From Eledone cirrhosa (lineage: Eukaryota): 64,000 nucleotides of DNA. Position 1 is the first letter of the stretch. Every line of letters begins with the position of its first letter. Shown here one piece after another: positions 1 to 14,359 of this stretch. Location: assembly GCA_964016885.1 (NCBI GenBank), contig OZ024748.1, forward strand, positions 60,326,001 through 60,390,000, read 5' to 3'. Below the pieces are notes generated by a model. That model was not told the origin of the DNA, made no database searches, and was given only the letters and a program-made list of their open reading frames with translations. The translations under genes and the position numbers were made by a program.

Positions 1-1979
1 CGCAACTACAACCGTTGTATACAGTGGAGCTTAACAAAGAATTATATGAAGTATACAAACAATCTGAACCCCAAAAGTTCGGTTTTATGCAAAGGCTAAA
101 AACTTTATGGAACTCCAAACACCAGAATTAGACTTTTCTCCAAAGCATTTAAATGAACAGGCAAAACGTATCATTAGATGTAAATTGATACATCTAACGG
201 AATTGAATGATACTACAAATACAGCCCTTGTAGACAACCACCCCACCTCCACTGACAGACAAAGAGAATGGCCAGCTAAATCTAACAGTGAACAGCTCAC
301 CAACAATTTTGCTGAAATCCATCCCACTTCCACTGAAGAAGAGCGAGAAAGGTCAGCTAACTCGAGTAGTAATTGTCACCACATCAACAACGAGGCTGAA
401 ATTCATGACTCTACTGTACAAACAGAACACCAAAAACTTGTGGACACCTTACAAGTGATATGGGACGATATGTTTCAAGAGATATACAGCCTTAATGTGA
501 GTGACAGACCATACAACACCAGAATCAGTAAAGAACCCACTAAATTGGAATTGGAAGCGGTGAACGAAATAGCTGACAATTATCTGAAGGCTATACGATC
601 TAAAGGTGTAGAAACGATATTTGAAACGCTTAACATTTTGTCATATGTTTCAGCTGTCACATTGCTATCATATAACAAACATCTAAAACCCCGCAATCAA
701 GATACAAACAAAAAGCCTGAACCAGCGTGGATGCGAAATTTAAAAAGCAAAATTTTGTCCCTGAGACGAAGTATCTCACACATCGCAGTCGTTATGAAAT
801 GCAACATAGAGAGCAACTTCACACGACACCAGGAATACCTAAATAAAAAGTTAGAGAGACGATTTGGAGATACAAAATTTAAACCTTTAAACTCCAAATT
901 ACATCAGTTGAAACAATAACTCACAGCTACAACAGAAAGACTAAAATATAAGTCAACAGCACATAAACGACAAGTGCTAAATAGATTGTTTGCCAGAGAT
1001 CCTAAATCAGTTTATCGCAGCTTCGGTGGCAAAAGCCCAATCTCTGTAAATGACACCCCTTCAAAAGAGCAGGTTAAGAGCTACTGGAGATCTGTATGGG
1101 AAACGGATGACGGATTCAACAGACAAACTAATTGGCTAAAAGAACTGGAACAGGACTACTACCAACATGTCCAGACAAAACAATATGACATAGATGGGTC
1201 AATACTGGAAACAGCTCTACAGAAAATGTCGAATAGGAAATCACCAGGCCCAGACCTCATTACAGGATACCGGTTGAAGAATTTCACTTTCTATCGACAA
1301 GATCTCATACGGCTGTCTACAGAAACCATTAAAAGCACACATACCTGCCCAGATGGTTATCAACTGCCACTACTCTCCTCATTCCCCAAAATAGCCAAAC
1401 CACGCTTGCTAAAAATTACCACCCAATAGCCTGCCAAAACATAATGTATAAATTATATACTGGGTGCCTTAACCTGTTCTTACAGGATCACTGTGCTACC
1501 AACAACATCATAACACCTGAGCAAGCTGGTGGAAAGAGGGAGGTGTGGAGTTGCATAGATCCCCTACTAACTAATAAAATGATTCAAGAAAAAACAACAA
1601 AAAATCGCAGAAACATGACTGTGGTGTGGCTGGACTATCAAAAAGCATTTGATATTGTACCTCATGGGTGGATTGTTAAGGCTTTACAGTTAGACAAAGT
1701 CCCACAACCACTGGTAGCTGTTGTTGAACGTCTGACCAAGAACTGGTACACCAATTTGATCCTTAGAGTTGAGAAGGAACAAGTTAAGACTGATAAGATA
1801 CATTACCAGAAGGGCATCTTTCAGGGTGATAGCTTGTCAGTGCTACTCTTCGTTCTCTCACTCAATCCACTAAATCCAAATATCAATGACATCAAGAAAC
1901 AATTGGACCTCATTACACAATTTTCAACAGACATCAAAATGAAATTTGGTGAGTCCAAGTGTCCATATTTGGCAGTATA
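1..1979 (+). mobile_element. Degraded R4/Dong-type non-LTR retrotransposon (N-terminal region and partial RT)
   Basis: Frameshifted ORFs 107-919, 974-1429 and 1444-2034 carry KSPGPD, EQAG, WLDYQKAFDIVPHGWI, GIFQGDSLS and DIKMKFGESKC. The YMDD segment is deleted. Cut off by the next element. Confidence 0.85.
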
Positions 1980-2563
1980 CTTTCGAGTACGGCCACTACT
2001 TCATATTCATGTAGAACCCCTACCGATGCGCTGAACAAGTATGGTTTTTTAGTCCAGCCAGCGACTTGAAAACTCTGGTACAAACAGTACACTTGTGACA
2101 ATTATTGACACATAGTGCTGGGCCCATGGTACCATGTGATGACAAGTGCAGAGAGATCTCCAGATATAAAGCAATGCCTGTGCCGTGAAGCTTTTATAGT
2201 GAGCAAAGGCACTGCACAAAGCCAGTCCCACTCTCTTAACCAAGATGATATTTGCCAAAAAGAAGAACAAGTCAACATCATTGGATACAATCAGGATTGC
2301 AGGTGTTATATCAGAGTTTTCCTTCTAGAATACTGCCTAGACAAAGGCTAAGGTGTCATCTCTCCCGGTGATTTTGGATGGCCATTGACTCTTAAGAGCT
2401 CCTTTGCCCTTTGACAGGTTTTGTTTTTACTCCTGCAGGATATCCAAAGTCACCCTCCTCACCAGGAAACCTTGGTGGGGTTGCCAGTTTAGTCGCCAAC
2501 GACCCGACTATGGGACAGGTTGTACTGGGATACATGTTACCAGTAGCACCAACTGGTGACCTG
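1980..2563 (-). mobile_element. Non-coding RTE-like repeat abutting (TACA)n
   Basis: Near-identical copy at 59850-60418 and a diverged copy at 60460-60935. Contains AGAAGGAAAACTCTGATATAA on the minus strand, which resembles RTE 5' UTRs (recalled, not searched). Flanked by (TACA)n at 2565-2642. Confidence 0.6.
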
Positions 2564-2873
2564 ACATACATACATACATACATACATACATAAATACATA
2601 CATACATACATACATACATACATACATACATACATACATACATGTGTATATATAGATAGCTACACACTTTGAGGAGGAAAATATTTCAATCAACATTTCT
2701 CTAAATATGTTAGCATTAACTTTAAAATCCTTCCAAGGATTCGTCCCTGTACTATCCGATCACAACAAAAACCGACCTAGCCTCTCATACCAACATTATG
2801 AGACAGTTACTTCATCTAAACTGCAATATATATTGTATGATCTTTTAGAATACTATTTCAAGAAATCAACTGT

Positions 2874-2958
2874 TGTACTCTCTCAGTCGCTTCACGCCAT
2901 GAAACCGGGATAAGCACCGGCCAAATGAGCCTTCTGGCTTAAGACAGACTTTAGACTT
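2874..2958 (+). mobile_element. 3' fragment of tRNA-SINE family 1
   Basis: Matches the 3' end of the copies at 8264-8541 and 11437-11645 (gaaaccgggataagcaccggcc...cagactttagactt). Confidence 0.75.
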
Positions 2959-3106
2959 GTTTTATACTGTGTCGAGGGGAACCTCAGTTGAAAAAGTTAC
3001 TCAATACATTGCTAGAGTATACGCATTTATTTATTTTATAAATGACTTCTACAAGACGGGAACTTTTTCGTTTATATGAAATCACCAGGAAAACATTTCT
3101 CTCTCC

Positions 3107-3274
<168 letters not shown>

Positions 3275-3436
3275 GGATGTATGAGTATCCTTATATGTTT
3301 GTCTATGATTATCATATATTGTGTGTGTCTCAGTATGTCTCTGTGTGATTCTATTGAGTGTCTCTGAGCACATATCATATAAGAATATGTATAAAATATG
3401 TACAGAAAAAGTATATACATACATATATATATACAT

Positions 3437-4333
3437 ATATTGTTATATTTGGGGAGGGTCATATTTGCGTAATATTGCCAGAATTAATAACAGAACACAC
3501 TCACTGTTTGGTTGGTTTTCGCTTCTCGCTGTCTTTTATATCTGCGATCTAACTTACTCGGTCCTCAATGTTGCCATTGACTGACCAGCGGTCAAAAATA
3601 ATACAGATACAATATAGACGCAAACACATATATATAGTTTACATAATTTACATAAATCTTTCGTTGCACATCTGCAACATCGTCAGTGGTGTTATATTCA
3701 TTGTTCCTCCTGTTGTGTTGTATGTCTACGCCATTTTTTTTTTATTCAACAACAACAACAACAACACCCAAACAAACAACATTGACCTAAGAGAAGTATA
3801 AATAAGTAAATAAAATAAAATAAAATAAGATAAATAAATACATACACAAGCACAATAACAACAAGCACATAAACACACACTAGTCACCCAGCAGACACAA
3901 CACTATACACACTAGTCACACATCACACATAACACTATACACACAAGCAAACGCATGCGCAAAGAAGACAAAATAAAATAAGATAAACAAACAAGCAAAT
4001 AAATAAATAAATATATAGACAGACTGAATAAAAAAATGGCGTAGACATACAACACAACAGGAGGAACAATGAATATAACACCACTGACGATGTTGCAGAT
4101 GTGCAACGAAAGATTTATGTAAATTATGTAAACTATATATATGTGTTTGTGTCTATATTGTATCTGTATTATTTTTGACCGCCGGTCAGTCAATGGCAAC
4201 ATTGAGGACCGAGTAAGTTAGATCGCAGATATAAAAGACAGCGAGAAGCGAAAACCAACCAAACAGTGAGTGTGTTCTGTTATTAATTCTGGCAATATTA
4301 CACAAATATGACCCTCCCCAAATATAACAATAT
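3437..4333. repeat. About 305-bp inverted repeat with an about 285-bp spacer; Penelope-like fold-back
   Basis: 3437-3741 is the reverse complement of 4029-4333 with few mismatches. Each arm carries a hammerhead-like motif. Confidence 0.9.
4081..4120 (+). ncRNA. Minimal hammerhead-like motif (mirror copy at 3650-3689, minus strand)
   Basis: ca CTGACGA t gttgca gatg tgcaac GAAA gattt a tg. Stem II is a perfect 6 bp; stems I and III are weak. Confidence 0.55.
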
Positions 4334-4376
4334 CTGTTTCGACACACGATTTCATATAAAAAACCTCGCTAAACTA

Positions 4377-4433
<57 letters not shown>

Positions 4434-4584
4434 TATATATAGAGAGAGAGAGATAGATAGATAGATAGAAATAAACCTCCGCGTACAATGTATAATTCAA
4501 ATATCAATTTGTGTCTGTTAATTTATTGGCACTTCCGGACGCTAGGAAATGCGTCGTCAATAAATCAGCCTATTTGTACAAGTG

Positions 4585-4629
<45 letters not shown>

Positions 4630-4649
4630 GCATGTGTGTATGTGTGCAC

Positions 4650-4727
<78 letters not shown>

Positions 4728-4741
4728 GTGTATGTGTGCAC

Positions 4742-4853
<112 letters not shown>

Positions 4854-5649
4854 CTGTGTGTGTGTGTATGAATATATATAATAGAACTCTCACACGACAC
4901 AATAATTGATCAATTGATACATATCAATACATCGATATATCCACCTTTCATGAATATTTAATATAGAAATCAATACACTCTGCAGGATTCAATATCCCTC
5001 TGTAATTGTCCATTTTCACGCTACTCTTGCCATTTCCTGTTCTACTTGAAGTTATTGTTCTTTGTTTATTCTATGTGTAATTTATAACATTTACACATGC
5101 ATCGTACCAGACCTGGGCATGTACACCTGAACGATATTTAGACAATGATATAAAATTTCTACCTCAACGTGACCCTTATATTTGCTAGAAATAACAGCTA
5201 TATGTCCCTCACATATACAGACTAGGCAGGAGGCTGAATTAATTTCAAGAATTACAAAAGGTTTTGCAGTAATGTGCTAGCTTCAGCATTCAGTAATCAG
5301 AAGGAATGTCGGTGGAAAAGCCCATGACTGACCTAGATGGCTGAGCGCCGGACGTTTCAATAGCGACATCCAAAACGGCAACAGCTCAGCCGTCGGTCCC
5401 CAACACTCTGATGTATGTGTACGCTAATATCCCATGCATCGAGTCCTCTGTTGAAAAATGAACTTAGTTGTTTCAATCTGGTGTTCCTGATATCTCTCTT
5501 TCTTTTTTTTCTCTCTCTCTCACTCTCTCTCTGTATATATATTGACAGTCGATCGACTTTCGTCAATTCGGACCGAGGAAATGTTTCCATTGGTCTTTCC
5601 AATTGCTTAGTGACTATGTCACTTCTTTTTTTCAACAAACAAAGGGAGA

Positions 5650-5695
5650 TAAGTTGACAGATCTGTTTCACACTGTTGGTGATCATCAGAGCTTA
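5650..5695 (-). ncRNA. Type I hammerhead ribozyme, copy 1 of a tandem pair
   Basis: taagct CTGATGA tcac caaca gtgt GAAA cagatctg TC aactta. One mismatch in stem I. Confidence 0.75.
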
Positions 5696-5966
5696 GCACT
5701 CGACGATGTTTATTGAAAATTATAGATGCTGGATTCTTATAGAATTCCAGTAATAATCAGGAACTGACTATACAGAACGATTGCCGGTCCAGAAAAAATT
5801 GAAAATCAGGATTGGTGCTCTAAAATAGCGATGTATACATGAATATATGTATAGTATATTTGACAATATACTGTATGCTTAATTAAAAACAATTTGAAGA
5901 CCTTACGCTATTATTTTAAAGTAATGGCTATGTCACTTACTTCTTTTTTCAACAAACAAAGGGAGA

Positions 5967-6012
5967 TAAGCTGACAGATCTGTTTCACACTGTTGGTGAT
6001 CATCAGAGCTTA
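5967..6012 (-). ncRNA. Type I hammerhead ribozyme, copy 2 of a tandem pair
   Basis: taagct CTGATGA tcac caaca gtgt GAAA cagatctg TC agctta. Perfect 6-bp stem I, palindromic stem III (acagatctgt) and a GUC site. Confidence 0.85.
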
Positions 6013-7154
6013 ACACTCGCCGATGTTTGTTGAACATTCTTATAGAATTCCAGTAATAATCAGTAATAATCCTGATTTTCAATTTTTGCTGGACCAGCAA
6101 TCGCCTTGTAAAATCAGTTCACTCATGTTTCTCGCACATTTCAGTACATTCTACAAAGTTTAAAACAAACTATGACCTTATATGGTTTTCTACGCTTATA
6201 AATCACTCTAGCAATCTCCTTTATCTACTTGTTGATGCAAAATAATATTTAAATAGTTCATATATAATATTTCATTATATTCTTTTTCTCACCATTTTTA
6301 AGCCACTCACTTTTCCTTCTTTATCACATCAAATTTTCAGTATAAACCTTAGTAGATTTTGTAAACAAACTATGACGTCATATGTTTAAATCATTCTAGC
6401 ATTTTCCTTTATTTACTTGTTGATTAAAATAATATTTAAATAGTTTTCCCACATATATAATATAATATTTAATTTTTTTTATATATAATTTTTAATTGTA
6501 AATTTTTAATATTCTTATTTTTTTCTACACATTCTTTTTACATAAATATCTTTTCACACATTTTTCTCACATTTCTCAATACATTCTACAATGTTTAAAC
6601 AAACTATGACCTTATATGGTCTTCTACGCTTATAAATCATTTAATTTTATTTCATTTTATTAATAGATTTTCACACCTCTTCATCAATTTTTTTAGTATA
6701 TAAACCCAAAATAAATAATATACCTAGTTTCTATACTCTGACCTCCAATATTTCTAATGTAAGTACATAAACCTCATCAATTTATTTATTTATATTTTAG
6801 CCGTTATTCACAGCTGTTTTTCATTTTTGACAGCGTTTCCCGATCAAAAGTCTCTCTTTCTCTCCTTTCTCTTTCTCTCTCCTCCTTCCTTCTTAGTTTT
6901 CCTCCGTTATTTTTCCCTCTCTTTTATGTCTTTTTCCTTTTCCCTCTTCCTTCTTTTTTCCAATCTTCTCTCTCCTTTTATATATTTTTGTCATATGTTG
7001 ACTGGACACTTTCTTGTTCGCAACTGTTTTTAGGCATCATATAATGTTACGTTATTTTATCTGATGAGAACGCAATTATCGTCCCAGGATGATATTTGTT
7101 TTTGAAATGCACATAATAAAATATATGGAACTCTTTTAACCATCTTTTAATTTC

Positions 7155-7199
<45 letters not shown>

Positions 7200-7200
<1 letters not shown>

Positions 7201-8261
7201 TAGCAGACGTACCCGGCGTTTCTCGGGTATTAAATAGCAGTTGTGTATACCATGTATGTCAATACTTCAGTGCTGCTTCGAAAACTATACTTTTACAAAA
7301 TCATCGGCTTTTTCCAAAAGGGGGTTCCTTCCCCCAGGGGTCCCCTACTCAATATGTGCCAATTTTGAGACTTCACATTCATCTATAGGACAAACGTAGC
7401 CTATGTGTCAAGTTTTGTGAAAATCGGTTGCGAACTCCAGAAGTTATGACGTTTTGTTGCATTGCACTGCAGTGCTTCAGTCGACTCCAAGAAAGTGGTT
7501 AAAGGGGGTTATCTGCCGGGAGGCCCTATAATCAATATCTGGAAAAATGAAAGTGCCCATGACCATCCGGAGTACATAAGTAACCTATGTCTTAAGTTTG
7601 GTGAAAATACTGTAGAAATGCATAAGGTTTATACATACGCGTGCGTGCGTACGTGTGTGTGTTTGTGGGTGTGTATGTATTTGTGTGTGCGTATGTATGT
7701 GTATGTCCGTCGGGGCATACGTATGTACTGGCCTAAATCTTCACTATTTACTTTTACTATTTTAATAACCCCTGTCATTTTCGTTTTCAATTTTATTTAC
7801 ATCAATCTTAAACTCCGGGGCTGCAAATCATTCTGTTATTTTAAATAGAATATTAGTCTAACGACTCCATTTATACCATAAACTTGGTCTTGTCTATGCA
7901 TGAAATTGTTCTTCTCGCTCCACAAAACGACGTATTATCCTCGCTTTTTTCCCGTTCATTGCCAAGGAACGTCTTCACGAACCAAAATATCGTCTTCCTG
8001 TTTTCGTACGGTTGCAACGTTTCTCGAAATATTTACTTCTGCGTTCACAGATTACTCTCAGTTCAATTTGAATGGGAAATTCCTGTTTCATCGATTTTCT
8101 CCGTAACCATGGTAGCTTGTAGCTTGTAAGTATAGCCAACGCCTCCTCGCGTCATTCTGTATAACTGTGTAAATTTTCGCTGCATTCCACCAAGCCATTT
8201 CGACGTTTATCCGACTACACCTACTTACTTAAATATACAACGTCCCAATTTATATAGTAGA
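7200..8261 (-). mobile_element. Non-autonomous Helitron
   Basis: The minus strand starts A|TCTACTATATAA and ends with the hairpin cccgagaaacgccggg, about 8 nt before CTAG|T. AT target and no TSD, which are canonical Helitron termini. Confidence 0.85.
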
Positions 8262-8263
8262 TA

Positions 8264-8541
8264 AAGTCTAAAGTCTGTCTTAAGCCAGAGGAGTCATTTG
8301 GCCGGTGCTTATCCCGGTTTCATGGCGTGAAACGACTGAGAGTACAAGACTCCCCACTGGACAGGACGCCATTCCATCGCAGGGTTAAACCTCCAGCTAT
8401 TTCTGGTACTCATTTCCAGCTGAGTATACTGGAGCAATGTGAAATGAAGTGTTTTGCTCAACATGCAACCAAGGAATCGAACCCACGACATTTTGATCGT
8501 AAGTCCAACACTCTTACCACTAGGCCACGTGCTTCCACACT
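8264..8541 (-). mobile_element. tRNA-derived SINE family 1
   Basis: A box (tggcctagtggtaag), B box (ggttcgattcc), conserved body and an (agacttt)n tail. Other copies at 11437-11645 (+), 43100-43270 (-) and 39285-39395 (+, partial). Confidence 0.85.
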
Positions 8542-8679
8542 ATATATATATATATATAATATATTATATATATATATAATATATTATATATATATAAATA
8601 TATTATATATATAGTGTGGAAGCACGTGGCCTAGTGGTAAGAATGTTGGACTTACGATCATAATGTCGTGGGTTCGATT

Positions 8680-8717
<38 letters not shown>

Positions 8718-9495
8718 ACCTCTGTAGTATAGATATATTTCGACAACGAAGGTTGGTTAGATCCTGGTACCTCATGTTTGCGTGTTGAATTTCTGAACTA
8801 CCCAGCCACGCCAGCATCAAACTTACAGACCTCATTCGTCTGTGGATTATCGAGAAGACTATTGAATATATCGATCAGAGAGATCATACCAGAAAAACGG
8901 TGATAAATATAGCAGCCAGTTATACAATTACTAAGAATTGTAAAAGAAGAGAAATTTGAAGAGATTTTAAGAAAGGAGAACAGAAAATGACAGAGAACTA
9001 GATTAAAACCGTTTGAAGTTGTTTCATGTATGAAACATTGTAGTTTCATACCATTTCATAATAATCCCTGGTCAAGCCGTCAAAGTGGTATAATATATTT
9101 GGGTTTTAAGCAGAAACGCCGGCAAAATGTCGATGCATAATACTGATTATTACATCTCTTTGAAGTTAGAGGATGAAAAGGGGAAATTGTAATTGATATT
9201 AAAAGCTAACGGAATTAGGTAAGTAGCTTAATGATTGCTGGAAATTATATGAAGATCTGATCTCATCATCACGAACCACGGATTCTCTGACGTAATAAAT
9301 CATGTCATACGTGTTACTGTTCATTTTAGTGCAAGGGGTAGATAACAGTTTCTTCCTCCCACCTCCCAGGTTTAATAGTGCCAAGCCGTCATAACAATAA
9401 ATAGATTGTGAAGTTGGAGTTAAAATAATTAATGTCGTCAGTAAGTGAAATCGAGACACACACACTCGCTCTCTCTTATTTACTCTCCCTCTTTC

Positions 9496-9537
<42 letters not shown>

Positions 9538-9636
9538 TATTAAATTGTTAAACAATATTCAGTGAATTATGTCAAAGAATGAATTTTACAGTAGATTGGT
9601 AGCACTCAACGGTAAAATAATTTTCAGGAGTTATTA

Positions 9637-9827
9637 ATATAAGTATTAATAAAATAGACGTTCTTTTGATCAATTACATTTTATTATACATATTTCGGAT
9701 GTACAACAGTACATACCCTGGGTATGTCATGTATCATTATATTCTGTCTGATGAGGACGTGCTGTTGTACATCCGAAATATGTATAATAAAATGTAATTG
9801 ATCAAAAGAACATCTATTTTATTAATA

Positions 9828-9834
<7 letters not shown>
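9637..9834. repeat. Hairpin element (about 78-bp arms) ending in (TA)n
   Basis: 9637-9714 is the reverse complement of 9757-9834. Confidence 0.9.
9741..9793 (+). ncRNA. Minimal type I hammerhead
   Basis: attctgt CTGATGA ggacgtgc tgtt gtacatcc GAAA t atgt aT A ataaaat. AATAAA overlaps stem I. Same layout as 47514-47576. Confidence 0.75.
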
Positions 9835-9909
<75 letters not shown>

Positions 9910-10030
9910 ATCAAGAATGAGGGTGCTCATTCTACTGACATGGCTTTAAAAATGAGGCTGTTTACATAATTGCAAACGAATCGAATATTATTATTAACAT
10001 TCGAAAAACTCAGATTACATTCATTATATA

Positions 10031-10125
<95 letters not shown>

Positions 10126-10170
10126 AAGTTAAATAAAAAGTCAAATGTTAAAAATTTAGCTTCGTTTATT

Positions 10171-10225
10171 ACTGCTATATATATTTCAGTGACAGCCACC
10201 TTTGGCTGTGACCTCTTCAGGCAGT
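10171..10225 (-). ncRNA. Minimal type I hammerhead
   Basis: actgc CTGAAGA ggtcacagcca aagg tggctgtcact GAAA t atat aT A gcagt aataaa. Perfect stem I, 11-bp stem II with one mismatch, palindromic loop 3, then AATAAA and (TA)n. Confidence 0.88.
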
Positions 10226-10364
10226 CCGAATTAGTGTGGTATAGACAAGTACATATGTTGTTGAGGTGTATAATTTTGTCAATACTCTGATATGCCCAGT
10301 TCCTGGTTGGGTTGTTATTTCACTGAGGAACTGGAATCATTGTATATAGTATATAATGTAGAAA

Positions 10365-10398
<34 letters not shown>

Positions 10399-10844
10399 TT
10401 TCTACATTATATACTATATACAATGCTTCAAGCACACTAAAACATTTTGTTATGTAGATGTTAGTGTGTGTGTATATATATAGAGGTATGTGTATGTGTG
10501 TATATATATATATATATACGTATATATGTGTAGGTGTCTGTGTGTGAATGTGTGTCTGTATGCATATGTGTGTCTGTGTGCGTCTGTGCATTCGCCTTAC
10601 ATCACACATATGTCACCTGGGTATTTATTTTTCATATCATCAATGCCGATTATTAGTTTATGTAACGTCTACCGCCAGAAGCAGGTTATTAGAAACATAA
10701 AATAAAAATAAAATGTCTGAAAGCTTCCATATATCCATACGTCGTTTGTCTTTGAGAGTTTGTTAACCTCACATCCATTCATAGAAAATATCATTACGTT
10801 GTTGTTGTTATAATTTTGTATGTCATTACTTTTTTTTTTTACCA

Positions 10845-11270
<426 letters not shown>

Positions 11271-11312
11271 GCTAGTCCTGTAAAAGCCATTTCTCTCTCA
11301 CTCACACACACA

Positions 11313-11645
<333 letters not shown>

Positions 11646-11891
11646 TATATATATATATATATATGTGTGTGTCTTTGTTGGTAGCTATAATGCTTCCATA
11701 GGCGGTATGCCCGTTGAGCACTCTATGTTCTTACAGAGCAGAGTGTGATATAATATAAAACGAAAAATCAGTGATGCAGCTGGATTCAATTTATTGTGTA
11801 TTACAACTGTTTCGCGGGTAGACAGCTCGAGGCACGATGATTGTATGAATCTGCTTGATTCTGAAACTGCAGGTTCGTCGGACGCTGGCAA

Positions 11892-11940
11892 TAATTCCGG
11901 ATCAAATTTTCTCACAATGAGAAAATTTGATCCGGAATTA
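11892..11940. repeat. Perfect hairpin with 23-bp arms
   Basis: taattccggatcaaattttctca caa tgagaaaatttgatccggaatta. Confidence 0.9.
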
Positions 11941-12076
11941 TTTATCTTGACTCTGTTTTCCTGTGATTTTCATCGAAAAAGATTTTGAATACATCTTCTC
12001 TTTTCATGATATTTGGATTACATTGAGTTCTTCATACGGATTGGACACTACCGTATATTTTGGTAGATTTATCTAC

Positions 12077-12171
<95 letters not shown>

Positions 12172-12395
12172 TATATGTGTCTGTGTATATATATATATAT
12201 ATGTATGTATATATATATGTGTGTGTGTGTGTTATGGATAAGGAACGAGAGTGAGTATTGTATATTCAACGGCCAGCTTTACCATGTGTCGTTGTCTACA
12301 CATACATATACATGCATATAAACACATATATATAAATACATACATAATAGAACATATACATGAGTGTATGTATCCATATTTGTATGTAAATATAA

Positions 12396-12529
<134 letters not shown>

Positions 12530-12549
12530 CAACTCATGCATATACGTAG

Positions 12550-12581
<32 letters not shown>

Positions 12582-12847
12582 GTATATATATATAAATTTG
12601 TTTTTTGAATGTTTTGCAATATTTCTTATCTGAAAACGTGTGTAAGATAGAACAAAGGAGATACCCAACATAAAAACATATTAATGAGGTCACAGTGTGT
12701 GTGGCGAAAGAGCTTTGACAATATATACTCAACCATCCGGTTATTGAATCAACCTACCGACCGGAAATTTATAATAAATTGAGCTGAAAGCCAACAGATG
12801 TGTGTGTCCTTATTGGCAGCATGACAGTCCCAAAATATAACTATATA

Positions 12848-12905
<58 letters not shown>

Positions 12906-13590
12906 AAACTGTGTGTGATCAGATACGTGATACTCAAAGCAAATTTCAGATTTCTGTTCGTTCGGAAACTGAACAGGTTGTTGACGCCGTCCAGGTAAAT
13001 ATCATCTTGGAGAGAAACAGAGAGAAAGAAAGAATGGAAAACGAGAGGTAAGGATTGAAGAACCAATCTCTTTTATAATACTACATGCTTACCATTTAGT
13101 GAACAATAAAACAACTCTAAAAATATTTTTCTCTTGATCGTCAAATATTGCTTTCGTTCGATAAATGTTTAGAAAGTTCTCTGCCTGATTTAACTCTAAG
13201 AAATTAACCAAGCAGAAAAAGAAACCAAAAATAAATACATAACTAAGTAGACAAATATCAAAAATAAAACAAAATAAACAGACAAAAAAGATTTTTACAC
13301 TGTCATTTTAAATAAGTTCTTTTAAAGCTATCATTCTTCATAGATTTGTCAAAACATCTTCACGACTTCAGCTGAAAAAACTTTTTTATCATCAAAGACA
13401 AAATTTCAGTCTCTTGGTATATACGTAAATGTTTACCATTATATCTTTCTACAATAAATAATTTAGGTTTTGCTATTTGATGATCATGTATTTTTGTTTG
13501 TTATTTATCTTTTAGATGACTTTATTTTCACAATCTGTCACTAAAGTTCTCGACATTAGTGTCGTTGTCATCATCATCAGTGTGATCATC

Positions 13591-13632
<42 letters not shown>

Positions 13633-13633
<1 letters not shown>

Positions 13634-13730
13634 GCCGAGGTTAACTTTGCCTTTCATCCTTCCGGGGTCGATAGAATAAAGTACCAGTAATGCATTGGGT
13701 AATTGCTGGCCTTGTGCCAAAAGTAGAAAC
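13633..13730 (+). mobile_element. tRNA-SINE family 2, 3' part
   Basis: gcctttcatccttccggggtcgatagaataaagtaccag...ccttgtgccaaaagtagaaac. Other copies at about 14488-14600, 16620-17188 (three, minus), 38979-39232, 43490-43690, 44915-45070, 48211-48308 and 61029-61075. Confidence 0.8.
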
Positions 13731-13751
13731 ATATATATATATATATATATA

Positions 13752-14308
13752 GTAATAATAATAAAATTGAAGACTAAAATCCAAAGAGGACTCGATAAGG
13801 AAAATATATATCAAATATATAAGAACCGTAGAGCAAATATTTATTAAAATAACAGATTAAAGTTTAAGCAAAGAATTGCTGCTTTCACCCTTAACGGGAT
13901 CTTCTGAAACTAACAAAGTCAATCTGTAAACGCAGAACTGGATATTTCAAAAAACGTTGCAACCGGAGGAAGACAGGAAGACGATACTTTGGTTCATGGT
14001 GACGTTCGCTGGCAAAGAACGGGGAAAAAAACGAATAATACGTCATTAATAGGAGCGGTGAAAAACAATTACGTGCAAGGACAGAACCACGTTTATGGTA
14101 TAAAAGAGGTCGTAGACTAATGTTCTCTAAGTGGTGCATAGAGACGTTCTCTGGCAATGAACGAAAAAACGAAGATAATAAGTCATATGTGGAGCGTGGA
14201 GAACAATAGCGTGCAAAGACAAAACCACGTAAATGGTATAGCAGAAGTCGTAGACTAAAATTCTAACTAGGAGACCGAATGAATCTCCGCTACAGAGTTA
14301 AGAACAAA

Positions 14309-14310
<2 letters not shown>
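13752..14310 (-). mobile_element. CAGAAGA-family non-coding element, 5'-truncated, between (TA)n tracts
   Basis: Reverse complement of about 61570-62134. Same 3' end (aatttattattattacta) running into (TA)n. Confidence 0.8.

Positions 14311-14359
<49 letters not shown>

Noticed and set aside
7054-7090. attttatCTGATGA hammerhead start (a similar CTGATGA lies at 38948)
   Set aside because: There is no GAAA half; at most a truncated relic.
8471-8541. tRNA gene
   Set aside because: The A and B boxes run into a SINE body, and there is no acceptor stem.
11785-11885. Hammerhead-like GAAAC agtt GTA with AATAAA, minus strand (similar half motif near 8735)
   Set aside because: The 5' core is non-canonical and stems I and II cannot be drawn.
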